Below are positions 1 to 9,064 of a stretch of 64,000 nt of DNA, in pieces. Numbering within the stretch: the stretch's first letter is position 1; each line of letters begins with the position of its first letter. The notes beneath the pieces are model-generated. The model was not told where the DNA came from and made no database searches. It saw only the letters and a program-made list of their open reading frames with translations. The stretch is from contig CAWHEP010000009.1 in assembly GCA_963828525.1 (NCBI GenBank), positions 288,001 to 352,000 of the forward strand, written 5' to 3'. Both the position numbers and the translations under genes were made by a program. This DNA comes from an uncultured Verrucomicrobiae bacterium. Lineage in GTDB: Bacteria > Verrucomicrobiota > Verrucomicrobiia > Chthoniobacterales > Chthoniobacteraceae.

Positions 1-606
1 CGTCCCACCACCATCATCGAAGCTGTCGCGCGGGCGCGTGGCATAGAAACCGGCTTGTTTGAGCAAAATACCGTGGAACTGGCGGACATGGAACGCAGCT
101 TCCTCGTCCGGGGCGGCAAACGGCTCAACATTGATTTTCGAAAGCTTTTCTTCGACGGCGACATGAAACAGAACATTGAGTTGGAGCCTGGCGATTACCT
201 CTACTTCCCGTCCGCGAATACAAGTGAGGTCTTCGTATTGGGCGATGTGAACTCTCCAGGGCCGCAGGGATTTACTCCGGAGCTTACGGTGCTGGCTGCC
301 ATCGCTCAACGAGATGGGTATACGGCGGCAGCCTATCGTGAACGGGTGCTGGTGGTGCGCGGCGCACTCACAAAGCCTGAAGTATTCGTTGTCGATACAA
401 ATGCTATTCTCAAAGGGAGAAAGCCCGATTTCCTTTTGAAGCCTAAAGATATTGTTTACATCAATAGCCGACCTTGGAGATACGCCGAGGAACTTGCGGA
501 TGTCGCTGTGGGCGCCTTTGTGCAGGCGACCGTAACAACGTGGACGGGACAGAGCGTCGGCCCTTTCATAAAAAGCGCGATTCTTCCCAAGGTGAGGATT
601 GAATAA
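1..606 (+). CDS. Polysaccharide export/SLBB-domain protein (Wza-like), 5' truncated by window edge
   Basis: Frame is open from base 1 (RPTTIIEAVARARG...). It has SLBB-type repeats (VFVLGDVNSPG, LKPKDIVYI) and is paralogous to the next gene. Its TAA overlaps the next ATG (TAATG). Confidence 0.8.
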   Translation, partial: RPTTIIEAVARARGIETGLFEQNTVELADMERSFLVRGGKRLNIDFRKLFFDGDMKQNIELEPGDYLYFPSANTSEVFVLGDVNSPGPQGFTPELTVLAAIAQRDGYTAAAYRERVLVVRGALTKPEVFVVDTNAILKGRKPDFLLKPKDIVYINSRPWRYAEELADVAVGAFVQATVTTWTGQSVGPFIKSAILPKVRIE

Positions 607-1739
607 TGTTCCCCTCCTCAAGAGCCGCGCTATCGGTGGTTGCGCTTCTGATATTCTCATCGTGCTCACCGATGGGCCGCAGTTTCGACCCTCGCCCCGC
701 CGCAAAGAAGGGATCACATGGAACGGAGGACGCCGGGTTCCGGACGGTGTCAGCCGGGCAAATACCAGCCGAATACCTGAAGCCATCCAAAGAGCCCTTC
801 AGACTGGGCGTCAGCGACAAAGTTGAAGTCGAGCTTATGAACGTGGGAAACACGCGTCAACTTTGCCACGTGATGCCCGATGGAATGCTGTATTACCAGA
901 TGCTCCACGGGATAAAAGCGGGGGGCTTGACGCTGCCCGAACTCAAGGAGCAGTTGCAGGCCTCTCTTAAGGAGCTCTACCGCAACCCGGAGGTCTCTGT
1001 AGTGCTTCGCGACGTCTCCAGCCAGCGCGTGTGGGTTTTGGGCCGGGTAAACACATCCGGCCTATACCCCTTATCCGGTCCGATGACGGTTCTTGAGGCA
1101 ATCTCAAGAGCAGGCGGTTTATTCACCTCCCGATTCTCCGGAACTACTGAAGAATTAGCAGATTTACAACACAGCTTTTTGATCCGAGACGGTGAAATGG
1201 TGCCGGTCGATTTTTACAAGCTGCTTAGAGCCGGCGACTTGTCACAGAACATCTATTTGAAGAATGGGGACTACGTGTATTTGCCTTCCGCGCTGGGACA
1301 CGAGGTCTATGTGCTCGGAGCTGTGCGAAGTCCGAAAGCGATCGGGTTCAAAGATCAGGTGACCCTGGTGAACGCGGTCGCGGAAGCAAAAGGACTCCTT
1401 CCTTCCGCGTACGCGCAGAGGGTCGTCATTGTTCGGGGATCTTTGACAAAGCCGACGGTCGCCGTGGTTAATATAAATGAAATAATGCACGGAAAAGCGC
1501 GTGATGTCGCCTTGCAGCCTAGAGACATCGTGTGGGTGCCAAATGGACCCTGGGAGCGTGTGGAGTCTTATACCAAAATGATTGTAAATACCTTTGTACG
1601 CACAGTAGCCGCAAACGAAGGTGATCACGCCGCGTCCGAAAATGCGCAGCCTGTGCAATCCGCGCTCTCCCTAAGCACGGCGCCGGCGATTGCCCCCCTT
1701 CCCGCGCCTCTGATTCAATCCGAGGCTCGCGCGCAGTGA
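606..1739 (+). CDS. Polysaccharide biosynthesis/export lipoprotein (Wza/Poly_export + SLBB)
   Basis: Lipobox LIFSSC. Poly_export segment VMPDGML...AGGLTLPEL...RNPEVSV. SLBB repeats VWVLGRVN and VYVLGAVRSP. Confidence 0.85.
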   Translation: MFPSSRAALSVVALLIFSSCSPMGRSFDPRPAAKKGSHGTEDAGFRTVSAGQIPAEYLKPSKEPFRLGVSDKVEVELMNVGNTRQLCHVMPDGMLYYQMLHGIKAGGLTLPELKEQLQASLKELYRNPEVSVVLRDVSSQRVWVLGRVNTSGLYPLSGPMTVLEAISRAGGLFTSRFSGTTEELADLQHSFLIRDGEMVPVDFYKLLRAGDLSQNIYLKNGDYVYLPSALGHEVYVLGAVRSPKAIGFKDQVTLVNAVAEAKGLLPSAYAQRVVIVRGSLTKPTVAVVNINEIMHGKARDVALQPRDIVWVPNGPWERVESYTKMIVNTFVRTVAANEGDHAASENAQPVQSALSLSTAPAIAPLPAPLIQSEARAQ

Positions 1740-1744
1740 CGCAT

Positions 1745-2860
1745 TCAGTTGTAGAACCGCCACCAGCGCTCGTAGACGGATACAAGCTCCTCGAAGCTTG
1801 AACCCGGTGGGCGCGCAAGATGCCGCGCCGCTCCGGCGGTGTCGGCGCCAAGAAGGCAGAAAAGCGCTCTCTGCAGGGCTCCGCGCGGGTAGTCCAGAGG
1901 ACTCGGAAGGGCGCTGCCGCGCTTGAACCGGTCTCGCCAGTGTAGCGCGAGGTTCCGAAGCCGCCCTGAGGATGGATACAGTCGCCCATGGAAGTTTTCA
2001 TATTCGCTTACGCGCTGAAATGGAGCGCGGAGCCGCAGCGACTCCATCCATAAAAACGTTCTCGTCCATACAGACGTGATGGTCTCCTGCGCCTCACGGA
2101 GGGCGTCCAAGGGCGGGTAGATATGGCGAGGGTTCAGCTTGAACGCCACGCCCGATTCGTGCCACCTCATCAATAATGGCCAATCTGGCGGTACCGGTGA
2201 GCCTATGTTGGAAAGCCGCGAATGCCTTTCGACACACGAAAAATGGTATCTGCCTTGGAACGCCAGAACGGCATCCGCAAGAGCCAGCTTCACTTTGGCA
2301 TGATTGCGTTCGATGAACCCGTCCGACACTCGACTGCTATTTGACGCGAGCGCCGCTAGTGAGAAGAGAAGTCCGGATCCTCGATTGAAGAGCAGGCGGA
2401 TGGCTTCTGGCGCGGGGATGAGGGCCGGATCGCTTAGGTTCGAGGGAAGCGACTCGATAAAGCCATCGCAGCTCTGAACAATCCTATGGCGCGCGAGCAG
2501 ATCGTAATAAAACATGGATGGCTCGGCCGATCTGAAAGCACTTTCCCGGAGAAGTTTGAATTCCACTTCGATACCAGTGATTTCCTCACCGTCGTGGGAT
2601 TGCCGAGAGCACCATTGTTCAATGGGACCTTGAGAAGCGGCGTCACGGGTTACCAGGTAGAATTCCAGATCATTATAAAGCACCGGCGCCGCGCTCTCGG
2701 ACACGCGGAACACTCCTCCCTCGCCACGCCCATAGCCGCCAGCGAGGAGCAAGGCTTTGACGTCCGAATAAAACTTCTGCGCTTGCAAATCCTCGGATAG
2801 CCGGGCGAGAAAGCCGTCGAGGAGCGCTTTTAGGCCAGGCTCGTCACCAAGGAAATACAA
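1745..2860 (-). CDS. Hypothetical protein with Pol-beta-superfamily nucleotidyltransferase-like N-terminus
   Basis: LLAGGYGRGEG...YNDLEFYLV resembles the GGYGRGE...SDVD motif of GlnD in this window. Helical C-terminus. Start uncertain. Confidence 0.6.
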   Translation of the reverse strand: MYFLGDEPGLKALLDGFLARLSEDLQAQKFYSDVKALLLAGGYGRGEGGVFRVSESAAPVLYNDLEFYLVTRDAASQGPIEQWCSRQSHDGEEITGIEVEFKLLRESAFRSAEPSMFYYDLLARHRIVQSCDGFIESLPSNLSDPALIPAPEAIRLLFNRGSGLLFSLAALASNSSRVSDGFIERNHAKVKLALADAVLAFQGRYHFSCVERHSRLSNIGSPVPPDWPLLMRWHESGVAFKLNPRHIYPPLDALREAQETITSVWTRTFLWMESLRLRAPFQRVSEYENFHGRLYPSSGRLRNLALHWRDRFKRGSALPSPLDYPRGALQRALFCLLGADTAGAARHLARPPGSSFEELVSVYERWWRFYN

Positions 2861-2877
2861 GACCGATGATCCGGCAA

Positions 2878-3189
2878 TCAGTTCTCGATCTCGAAGATGC
2901 GATGAAGCCTCAGTAGCTCGATGACAGCCTGAACCGGGGGCTTTACGTGTTGAAGCTTTACCCCGGGATTAGGAGGTGGCAATCGCTTGTAAAGGCTCAA
3001 GAGCGCTCCGACCCCGGAACTGTCGATGAAATCCACGCTGGCAAGATCCGCGCGGACTTTGGTGATTCCGGCAGCCCAACTTGTGTCAATCTCTTTTTTG
3101 AAATCGGGGGCGGTAGACGCGTCGAGACGGGAAACAATAACACGGAGGGAAAGAACTCCCCCGTCGAGCGAGGTTTCAAGAGTTTTCAT
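2878..3189 (-). CDS. STAS-domain anti-sigma factor antagonist (SpoIIAA/RsbV/SypA-like)
   Basis: About 103 aa from MKTLETS. RLDASTAPDFK and DLASVDFIDSSGVGALL, with the conserved phosphorylatable Ser. Confidence 0.9.
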   Translation of the reverse strand: MKTLETSLDGGVLSLRVIVSRLDASTAPDFKKEIDTSWAAGITKVRADLASVDFIDSSGVGALLSLYKRLPPPNPGVKLQHVKPPVQAVIELLRLHRIFEIEN

Positions 3190-3236
3190 GCTGTCCGAAC
3201 AATAGATTGGCATCGAGGATTTAAAAGCCTTAAGGT

Positions 3237-4427
3237 GTGCGCCCGTTGAAACTGCTGTTTGTTCACCAAAGCTTCGGCAGTCTTGGAGGCGCGGAAGCCA
3301 ACGCTTTCATCACTGCGACGGAGATGAAGGCCCGCGGACACAAGGCGGCGCTCCTGACTCGCAAGGGGACGGGCAAGAACGAGGAAGCCTGGAGGAAGCT
3401 GTTCGTGGATGGATTTTTCACGCTGCCTGAAATAGAGGACAGTCTGGAGGGATTCCAGCCAGACGTGATTTACATGCATAAATGGGACGATCGTGCTTCC
3501 ATCCGCCATCTGCTGGCCTCTGGACGACCCATCATCCGCATGGTTCATGATCACGATGTTTACTGCCTCCGCAGTTACAAATACAACGTGTTCACACGGC
3601 GCATTTGCACCCGTCCCGCCACACCTTATTGCGTGTTCCCGTGCCTTGCGCCACTAACACGCGTCCGAGGAGGGAAGCTGCCTTTCAAGTGGGCGAGCTA
3701 CTCCAAAAAGCTGGAAGAGATCGCCCTTAACAAACGTTTCAACCGTCACCTCGTGGTCACCCATTTCATGAAAAATGAAATGGTCATCAACGGGTTTTCT
3801 CCAGAGAGCATAGAAATCTTTCCCCCGGTTCCCCGACCCGGCGATTCTTTACGGAGCACCTTTTCAGAGCGAAATTTGCTGATCTACGCGGGACAAATCA
3901 TCCGGGGAAAAGGCGTCGACGTCTTGCTGAGAGCACTCGCGAAAGTCCGTTCACCGTTTGAAGCCGTGATTTTGGGAGATGGGAATCAACGCTCCAAATG
4001 CGAAGCGCTCTCGTCCCAACTCGGCTTGGCTGATCGCGTTATGTTCAAGGGATTTGTGCCACAGGCGGAGTTGAAGGACTTCTACCAGGATACGTCCGTG
4101 GTCATGATTTCATCTCTTTGGCCAGAACCCATCGCCACAATAGGTCTCGAAGTGATGCGTTACGCTCTCCCGGTGGTCGCTTTCGACGCCGGAGGAATCA
4201 AAGACTGGTTGCACGATGGCGTGAATGGATTCTTGGTACCATGGAAGGACATTGACGCGTACGCGTCGCGACTGGATGAACTGCTTCGGGACAAAGGAAA
4301 GGCCCGGGAAATGGGGGAGCGGGGCTTGGAAATTGTGTCCAGAGATTACGATTTTGATGAATATCTAGCTCGCCTTGAAAAACTTTTTTCGACGGTGGCG
4401 CAGGAACCGCTACATCGGGATTCGTGA
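3237..4427 (+). CDS. Glycosyltransferase family 4 (GT-B)
   Basis: N-terminal GGAE, YAGQIIRGKGVD, and SLWPEPIATIGLEVM...PVVAFDAGGI (Ex7E motif). Confidence 0.9.
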   Translation: MRPLKLLFVHQSFGSLGGAEANAFITATEMKARGHKAALLTRKGTGKNEEAWRKLFVDGFFTLPEIEDSLEGFQPDVIYMHKWDDRASIRHLLASGRPIIRMVHDHDVYCLRSYKYNVFTRRICTRPATPYCVFPCLAPLTRVRGGKLPFKWASYSKKLEEIALNKRFNRHLVVTHFMKNEMVINGFSPESIEIFPPVPRPGDSLRSTFSERNLLIYAGQIIRGKGVDVLLRALAKVRSPFEAVILGDGNQRSKCEALSSQLGLADRVMFKGFVPQAELKDFYQDTSVVMISSLWPEPIATIGLEVMRYALPVVAFDAGGIKDWLHDGVNGFLVPWKDIDAYASRLDELLRDKGKAREMGERGLEIVSRDYDFDEYLARLEKLFSTVAQEPLHRDS

Positions 4428-5047
4428 CGGGCTCCGGCAATACATTATCTCTGATCATCGGCATCACCGGAGGAAGCGGCTCCGGCAAAACAGAACTGGC
4501 AAATTATCTCTGCAAGGCGCTTGGCCGCAGGGCTATGCTGCTTTCTCACGACTGGTACTACAAGGACCGGACGGGCTGCGCTGACGAGGCAAGGTCGAAG
4601 TTGAATTTCGATCATCCCCGCGCTTTGGAAACTGCCCTCCTGACGAGACATCTGCGCGAACTCAGCGCGCGCAAGGAGGTGCGCGCCCCAAGGTACAATT
4701 ACGCGACCAGCAGCCGCACTGAAAGCGTTGCGGCGCGCTCCGCGGACATCATTTTCCTGGAGGGCCTGTTTATCTTGCACGAGGAGCGGCTCCGATGCTT
4801 AATCGACACGTCGATCTTCGTGGAAGTGCCCGCGGACATCCGTCTTCTGCGGCGCATCCGGCGCGACACGCGCGAGCGCGGAATCCCTGTCGAAGAGACT
4901 CTGCGTCTCTATGAAAACTTCACAAGGCCCATGCACGACCGCTTCGTCCAGCCTTCGGCCCGCCATGCAACGCACGTGTGGGAGCCACTGAAAGACAAGA
5001 CATTCCCGGCGCGCTTTAAACGTCAACTAAAGGAGAGGCTGGGATGA
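4424..5047 (+). CDS. udk: Uridine kinase
   Basis: Walker A GITGGSGSGKT, DWYYKD, NFDHPRA, EGLF and RLLRRIRRD...RG. Confidence 0.85.
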   Translation: MTGSGNTLSLIIGITGGSGSGKTELANYLCKALGRRAMLLSHDWYYKDRTGCADEARSKLNFDHPRALETALLTRHLRELSARKEVRAPRYNYATSSRTESVAARSADIIFLEGLFILHEERLRCLIDTSIFVEVPADIRLLRRIRRDTRERGIPVEETLRLYENFTRPMHDRFVQPSARHATHVWEPLKDKTFPARFKRQLKERLG

Positions 5048-5778
5048 GCGGGAACCGCGATGTAATCGACCACCAAGTCGCGGAATACTGGAGCAAGGCA
5101 GCTACCGCGCGCGGGCGCTTTCGGATAACCGCTCGCCTTTGGCTGAAGCGCAGGCTGTGGGGCATCGTGGTGGGAAGCTCCATGTTCCTGAAGAGAGCGC
5201 TCGACTTGGTCGCCGCGACGGCGGCGCTCGCGGCTCTGTCTCCCGTTTTCCTTGTTACAATGCTTTTGATCAAGCTCGAGGATGGCGGCTCGCTTTTCTT
5301 CAAACAAACGCGGGTGGGTCTCCGAGGGCGCGCCTTTGGCATGTGGAAATTCCGTTCCATGGTGCCGAATGCGGACGCCTTGAAAGACAAGCTAGCTGCC
5401 CAGAACGAGATGAAGGGCGGGGTTATCTTTAAAATGAAAGATGACCCCCGCGTCACAAAGGTTGGAAAGTGGATTAGAAAGTTCTCGATCGACGAACTCC
5501 CTCAGATTCTCAACGTGTTGAGGGGTGAGATGTCTCTTGTTGGCCCGCGCCCTCCCGTCCCGAGGGAGGTTGCGGAGTATAGCGTGGAAGATCGCCAAAG
5601 GCTGCTCGTGAAGCCGGGACTCACCTGCTTGTGGCAGGTCGGCGGCCGCAGCGAGATCGACTTCGCGGGGCAAGTGCGTCTCGACATTGCTTATATCCGC
5701 TCCGAGAGCATCTGGCTGGATTTCAAGCTGCTGCTGCAAACAGTGCCGGCGGTGTTGTTTGGGAAAGGAGCGTATTGA
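5044..5778 (+). CDS. Priming sugar transferase (Bac_transf; undecaprenyl-phosphate glycosylphosphotransferase)
   Basis: KRALDL, one TM helix, KFRSM, DDPRVT, DELPQILNVLRGEMSLVGPRP and KPGLT. Confidence 0.92.
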   Translation: MSGNRDVIDHQVAEYWSKAATARGRFRITARLWLKRRLWGIVVGSSMFLKRALDLVAATAALAALSPVFLVTMLLIKLEDGGSLFFKQTRVGLRGRAFGMWKFRSMVPNADALKDKLAAQNEMKGGVIFKMKDDPRVTKVGKWIRKFSIDELPQILNVLRGEMSLVGPRPPVPREVAEYSVEDRQRLLVKPGLTCLWQVGGRSEIDFAGQVRLDIAYIRSESIWLDFKLLLQTVPAVLFGKGAY

Positions 5779-6965
5779 AGACCTTCTTATTACTATCCCC
5801 CGACTATTCGGCCCTGGATTCGATCTGGCGCAACGCGCTGCCATTCTCGCTTTGGCCAGTGGGGCCTCAGCCTCTGCTTGCACATTGGATGGATGAGTCC
5901 GTGCGGACGGGAGCTGCAAGCGTGACGATCTATGCCTCGGACCGGCCCTCTGAGATCCGTCACTTCCTGGAGGGGGGGAACTATTGGAGCAAAAAGGTGG
6001 AAGTGATTGCGTTAAAAAATGATGGCATGGCTCCAGAAGGGTGCGTCCGGATGGATCACCTTCCATTTCAAGCCTCAATCGAATCCCCTTTTTCGTCCCC
6101 TCAGGCGCTTCTCGATCACTGGCTGGCGCTGCAACACGCGTGGCTTGCAAACAGGGGAGCGGAGGGGGTCAGCATCGACATCGAAAAAGTCCCCGGCGGC
6201 TGGGTAGGACCTCTGGCGCGCATCCATCCGAGCGCGAAACTCATCCCTCCATTTTGGATCGGGGCTCGCGCCGAAATTGGCGCGGAATGCGAGATAGGTC
6301 CGAACGCGCTCGTTGGCAGCGGCAGCGTGCTTGACCGGCACGTCATGGTGCGGGACGCCATAGTGATGCCGGATACTTATCTTGGACAGAATACCGGGGT
6401 GGAGGCGGCAATCGCGCAGGGCGGCATATTGGTGGATGCCAAGCACGCATGCCGGGTGGATATCCGGGAGAGTTTCATAATGGCCTCGGTTTCAACTCAC
6501 CGCCAGTCCACTTCAATCACTGAGAAAGCAGGCGCTCTGACGGCGCTCGTCTTCCTCGCGCCAATCGCGGCGCTATGGCCCGGCCAGAGTTGGGATGAGC
6601 GCGAGGTCATCAACCACAAGGGGGATATCCTTCTCCTGAGCACCGGGCGCAAAGGTCCGCTTGTAATCCGCCGGTGGCCGTGGCTTAAGGAAGTTGTCTC
6701 CGGCAACCTCCGTTGGTTCGGTATCCTGCCGAGGCTCGAGGCAGATTGGGCGCACCTGCCGCTCGAAACCGCGGAGCGGCTCCGAAGCAGTCCCCCCGGT
6801 CTCTTTTCGTGGGCCGATCTGCAAGGCTGCCATGATCCCTCTTGTCCGGATGAGTGGATCCACGCCGCATACCAGGTGCTGCAAAAAGATGATACCATCA
6901 TGCGGCTCCTGCGAAGCAGACTCACCTACCTGGCGCGACTCAATCCGCGTGTGGCGGAGGCATGA
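5775..6965 (+). CDS. Mosaic protein: degenerate NTP-transferase + hexapeptide (LbetaH) repeat + degenerate sugar-transferase domain
   Basis: Likely TTG start overlapping the upstream TGA (TTGA). LWPVGPQPLLAHW, hexapeptide repeats (WIGARAEIGAECEIGPNALVGSGSVL) and a C-terminus resembling the neighbouring Bac_transf. Confidence 0.6.
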   Translation: MKTFLLLSPDYSALDSIWRNALPFSLWPVGPQPLLAHWMDESVRTGAASVTIYASDRPSEIRHFLEGGNYWSKKVEVIALKNDGMAPEGCVRMDHLPFQASIESPFSSPQALLDHWLALQHAWLANRGAEGVSIDIEKVPGGWVGPLARIHPSAKLIPPFWIGARAEIGAECEIGPNALVGSGSVLDRHVMVRDAIVMPDTYLGQNTGVEAAIAQGGILVDAKHACRVDIRESFIMASVSTHRQSTSITEKAGALTALVFLAPIAALWPGQSWDEREVINHKGDILLLSTGRKGPLVIRRWPWLKEVVSGNLRWFGILPRLEADWAHLPLETAERLRSSPPGLFSWADLQGCHDPSCPDEWIHAAYQVLQKDDTIMRLLRSRLTYLARLNPRVAEA

Positions 6966-8689
6966 CGGATTTTATTCACGAGGATATCGGCGAATGCCGA
7001 TTCCCGGGCGATTTGCGGTATGTCCGGGAAGCCCTGGAGAAGATGAAGGAGTTCTACCTCGCCCGGGGACTGCGTCCCAACGTGTGGTCGCAAGTGGAAC
7101 TCGCCTCGGCCGAGGCAATCAACAACGCGATTGAACACGGCTGCGAACGCCTGCCAGCATCTCAAGTATCAGTTCGGTGGACGTGGGTGAAGAACGTTCT
7201 GCGGGTGGAGGTCACCGACCCAGGCTTTTTCGAGCCGAGCGCCGCGTCAGCACTACTTCCCGACGATCCCCTCGCGGAAGGCGGCAGGGGGCACTTCCTG
7301 ATGACGACCCTGATGGATGCAGTGCGACACTCCAACAGCGGGAGCGGGCATACCGTAATAATGGAAAAGGAGGCGGGGTTTGCCGCATGGGATGAGCGCG
7401 CCGCAGCGGAAATGGAGTCAACCATAGAGTCCATGGCGGAGGATCTGAGCCGGAGCTATGAAGATCTTTCGGCTCTCTTCCGTTTTGCTGAGGAATTGGC
7501 TACCTCCACGACCCTGCCGGATTTCCTCGATAGATCCCTTCCACGCCTGATGACGCTTGTCACAGGACAGGCGGCCTATGTTCGCTTCGCTTCGCAAAGT
7601 GGCAAGCATCTTGACTTGGTGGCTCCCTCAACAGCCATGATGGCAGGGATCGCGCCGAGGCTTAGAACAGAGTCGGGCGCGATGGAGGCTGCCGCCTTTA
7701 CGCGATCCTCGCCTGTCACCATCGAAGACTGCACAAACCTCCCCACGGACGATCCTCTTCACACTCACCCGGGTGGGGCGTTCGCTTGTCCCATCTTTTT
7801 CCGTTCGACAGTCCTCGGATGCCTGGTCGTTCGACGGTCTGCGAAAGATGGTTACTTCTCCGCGGGAGAACTCGGCTTGATAAGAGTGGTCGCGGACTTT
7901 CTGGGCATTGTGCGAACCACCAGCCTTCTGCAGGAACAACGACAGATGGAGCAGCGCGCAGTGCGTGAACTCGAAATCGCTTCGTCCATACAACAATCGC
8001 TCCTCCCTCGTGATTTTCCCGATAGCGCAAATTATCGCCTTTTCGGTTTGTGCCAGAGCGCCCAGCAGGTGGGTGGCGACTACTTCGACGCGCTACAACT
8101 CCCTCAGGGAGGCATTCTGCTGGTAATCGCCGATGTGATGGGCAAGGGGGTGCCCGCGGCTCTATTGGCAACCATCCTCAGAACGGCGATCTACGCCCGG
8201 CTGGACATGGCACAGGAACCAGGGAGACTTCTGACAGCAGTGAACCGCCAGATCACCCGCGACCTTTCACAGCTTGACATGTTCATCACCGCGCAAGTCG
8301 CTTATCTTTCACATAGTGAAAACACCTTGCTGGTTGCGAACGCGGGACATTGTCCTCTCCTTCTTTGTAAGAAGACGCATAGCGGAGTAAGGCAGTTAAA
8401 AGGAGAGGGCGTCCCGTTGGGAGTAATCGACATTTATGAATATCCCACGCAACGTTACGCCGTTGAAGAGGGGGAGCGGTTTGTATTCCTTACTGACGGG
8501 CTGTACGAAGTTGAGGATCTCCAAGAAGAGATGCTCGGGATAGAGCGGCTTGTTCAGCATATAGATATGGTGTCCGATCTGCTGCCATCGGACTTCTGCG
8601 CAAAAGTCCTGGAGTTCGTGCGCAACTACTCGGGCCGGCAGCCCGCTTCAGATGATCGCACTCTGCTAACCCTGGAGCGATTGCGATAA
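6962..8689 (+). CDS. Fused RsbW-like Ser kinase (HATPase_c) - GAF - SpoIIE/PP2C phosphatase
   Basis: Kinase boxes EAINNAIEHG, VTDPG and EGGRG. Central GAF-like ACPIFFRSTVLGCL...FSAGELGLI. PP2C motifs VGGDYFD, IADVMGKG, NAGH, TDGL and DDRT. Confidence 0.9.
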   Translation: MTDFIHEDIGECRFPGDLRYVREALEKMKEFYLARGLRPNVWSQVELASAEAINNAIEHGCERLPASQVSVRWTWVKNVLRVEVTDPGFFEPSAASALLPDDPLAEGGRGHFLMTTLMDAVRHSNSGSGHTVIMEKEAGFAAWDERAAAEMESTIESMAEDLSRSYEDLSALFRFAEELATSTTLPDFLDRSLPRLMTLVTGQAAYVRFASQSGKHLDLVAPSTAMMAGIAPRLRTESGAMEAAAFTRSSPVTIEDCTNLPTDDPLHTHPGGAFACPIFFRSTVLGCLVVRRSAKDGYFSAGELGLIRVVADFLGIVRTTSLLQEQRQMEQRAVRELEIASSIQQSLLPRDFPDSANYRLFGLCQSAQQVGGDYFDALQLPQGGILLVIADVMGKGVPAALLATILRTAIYARLDMAQEPGRLLTAVNRQITRDLSQLDMFITAQVAYLSHSENTLLVANAGHCPLLLCKKTHSGVRQLKGEGVPLGVIDIYEYPTQRYAVEEGERFVFLTDGLYEVEDLQEEMLGIERLVQHIDMVSDLLPSDFCAKVLEFVRNYSGRQPASDDRTLLTLERLR

Positions 8690-8691
8690 CA

Positions 8692-9064
8692 ATGGCCGCG
8701 AAGCGAATCCTGGTGGTTGATGACGAGAAACACATGCAACGTCTGCTGCAATTCAATCTGGAGAAGACGGGTTGTGTCGTACAAAACAACAGGCAGCGGC
8801 GAGGCTGCTCTCCTGTTGATAGAGGAAAGCCCATTTGATCTGGTTCTTATCGATCTTGTGATGACTGGCATGGATGGATTCGCCACTGTGCAGGAACTCC
8901 GAAAAACGAAGTTGGGTGAGAGCATCCCCGTAATCATGCTGACGTCGCGAGGACAGGTGGATATCCGCGAACGGGCAAGTGGTCTGGGGGTATCGACATT
9001 CCTGACGAAACCCTTCAGCCCGATCGAGCTGGTAGCAGAAGCGAAAAAACTGCTGGGGTTGTGA
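8692..9064 (+). CDS. Single-domain response regulator (REC), apparent frameshift at AAAA 8783-8786
   Basis: ATG at 8692 reads MAAKRILVVDDEKHMQRLLQFNLE. Another frame continues TTGSGEAAL...DLVLIDLVMTGMDG...IMLTS...FLTKPF. Removing one A joins the two. Confidence 0.85.
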
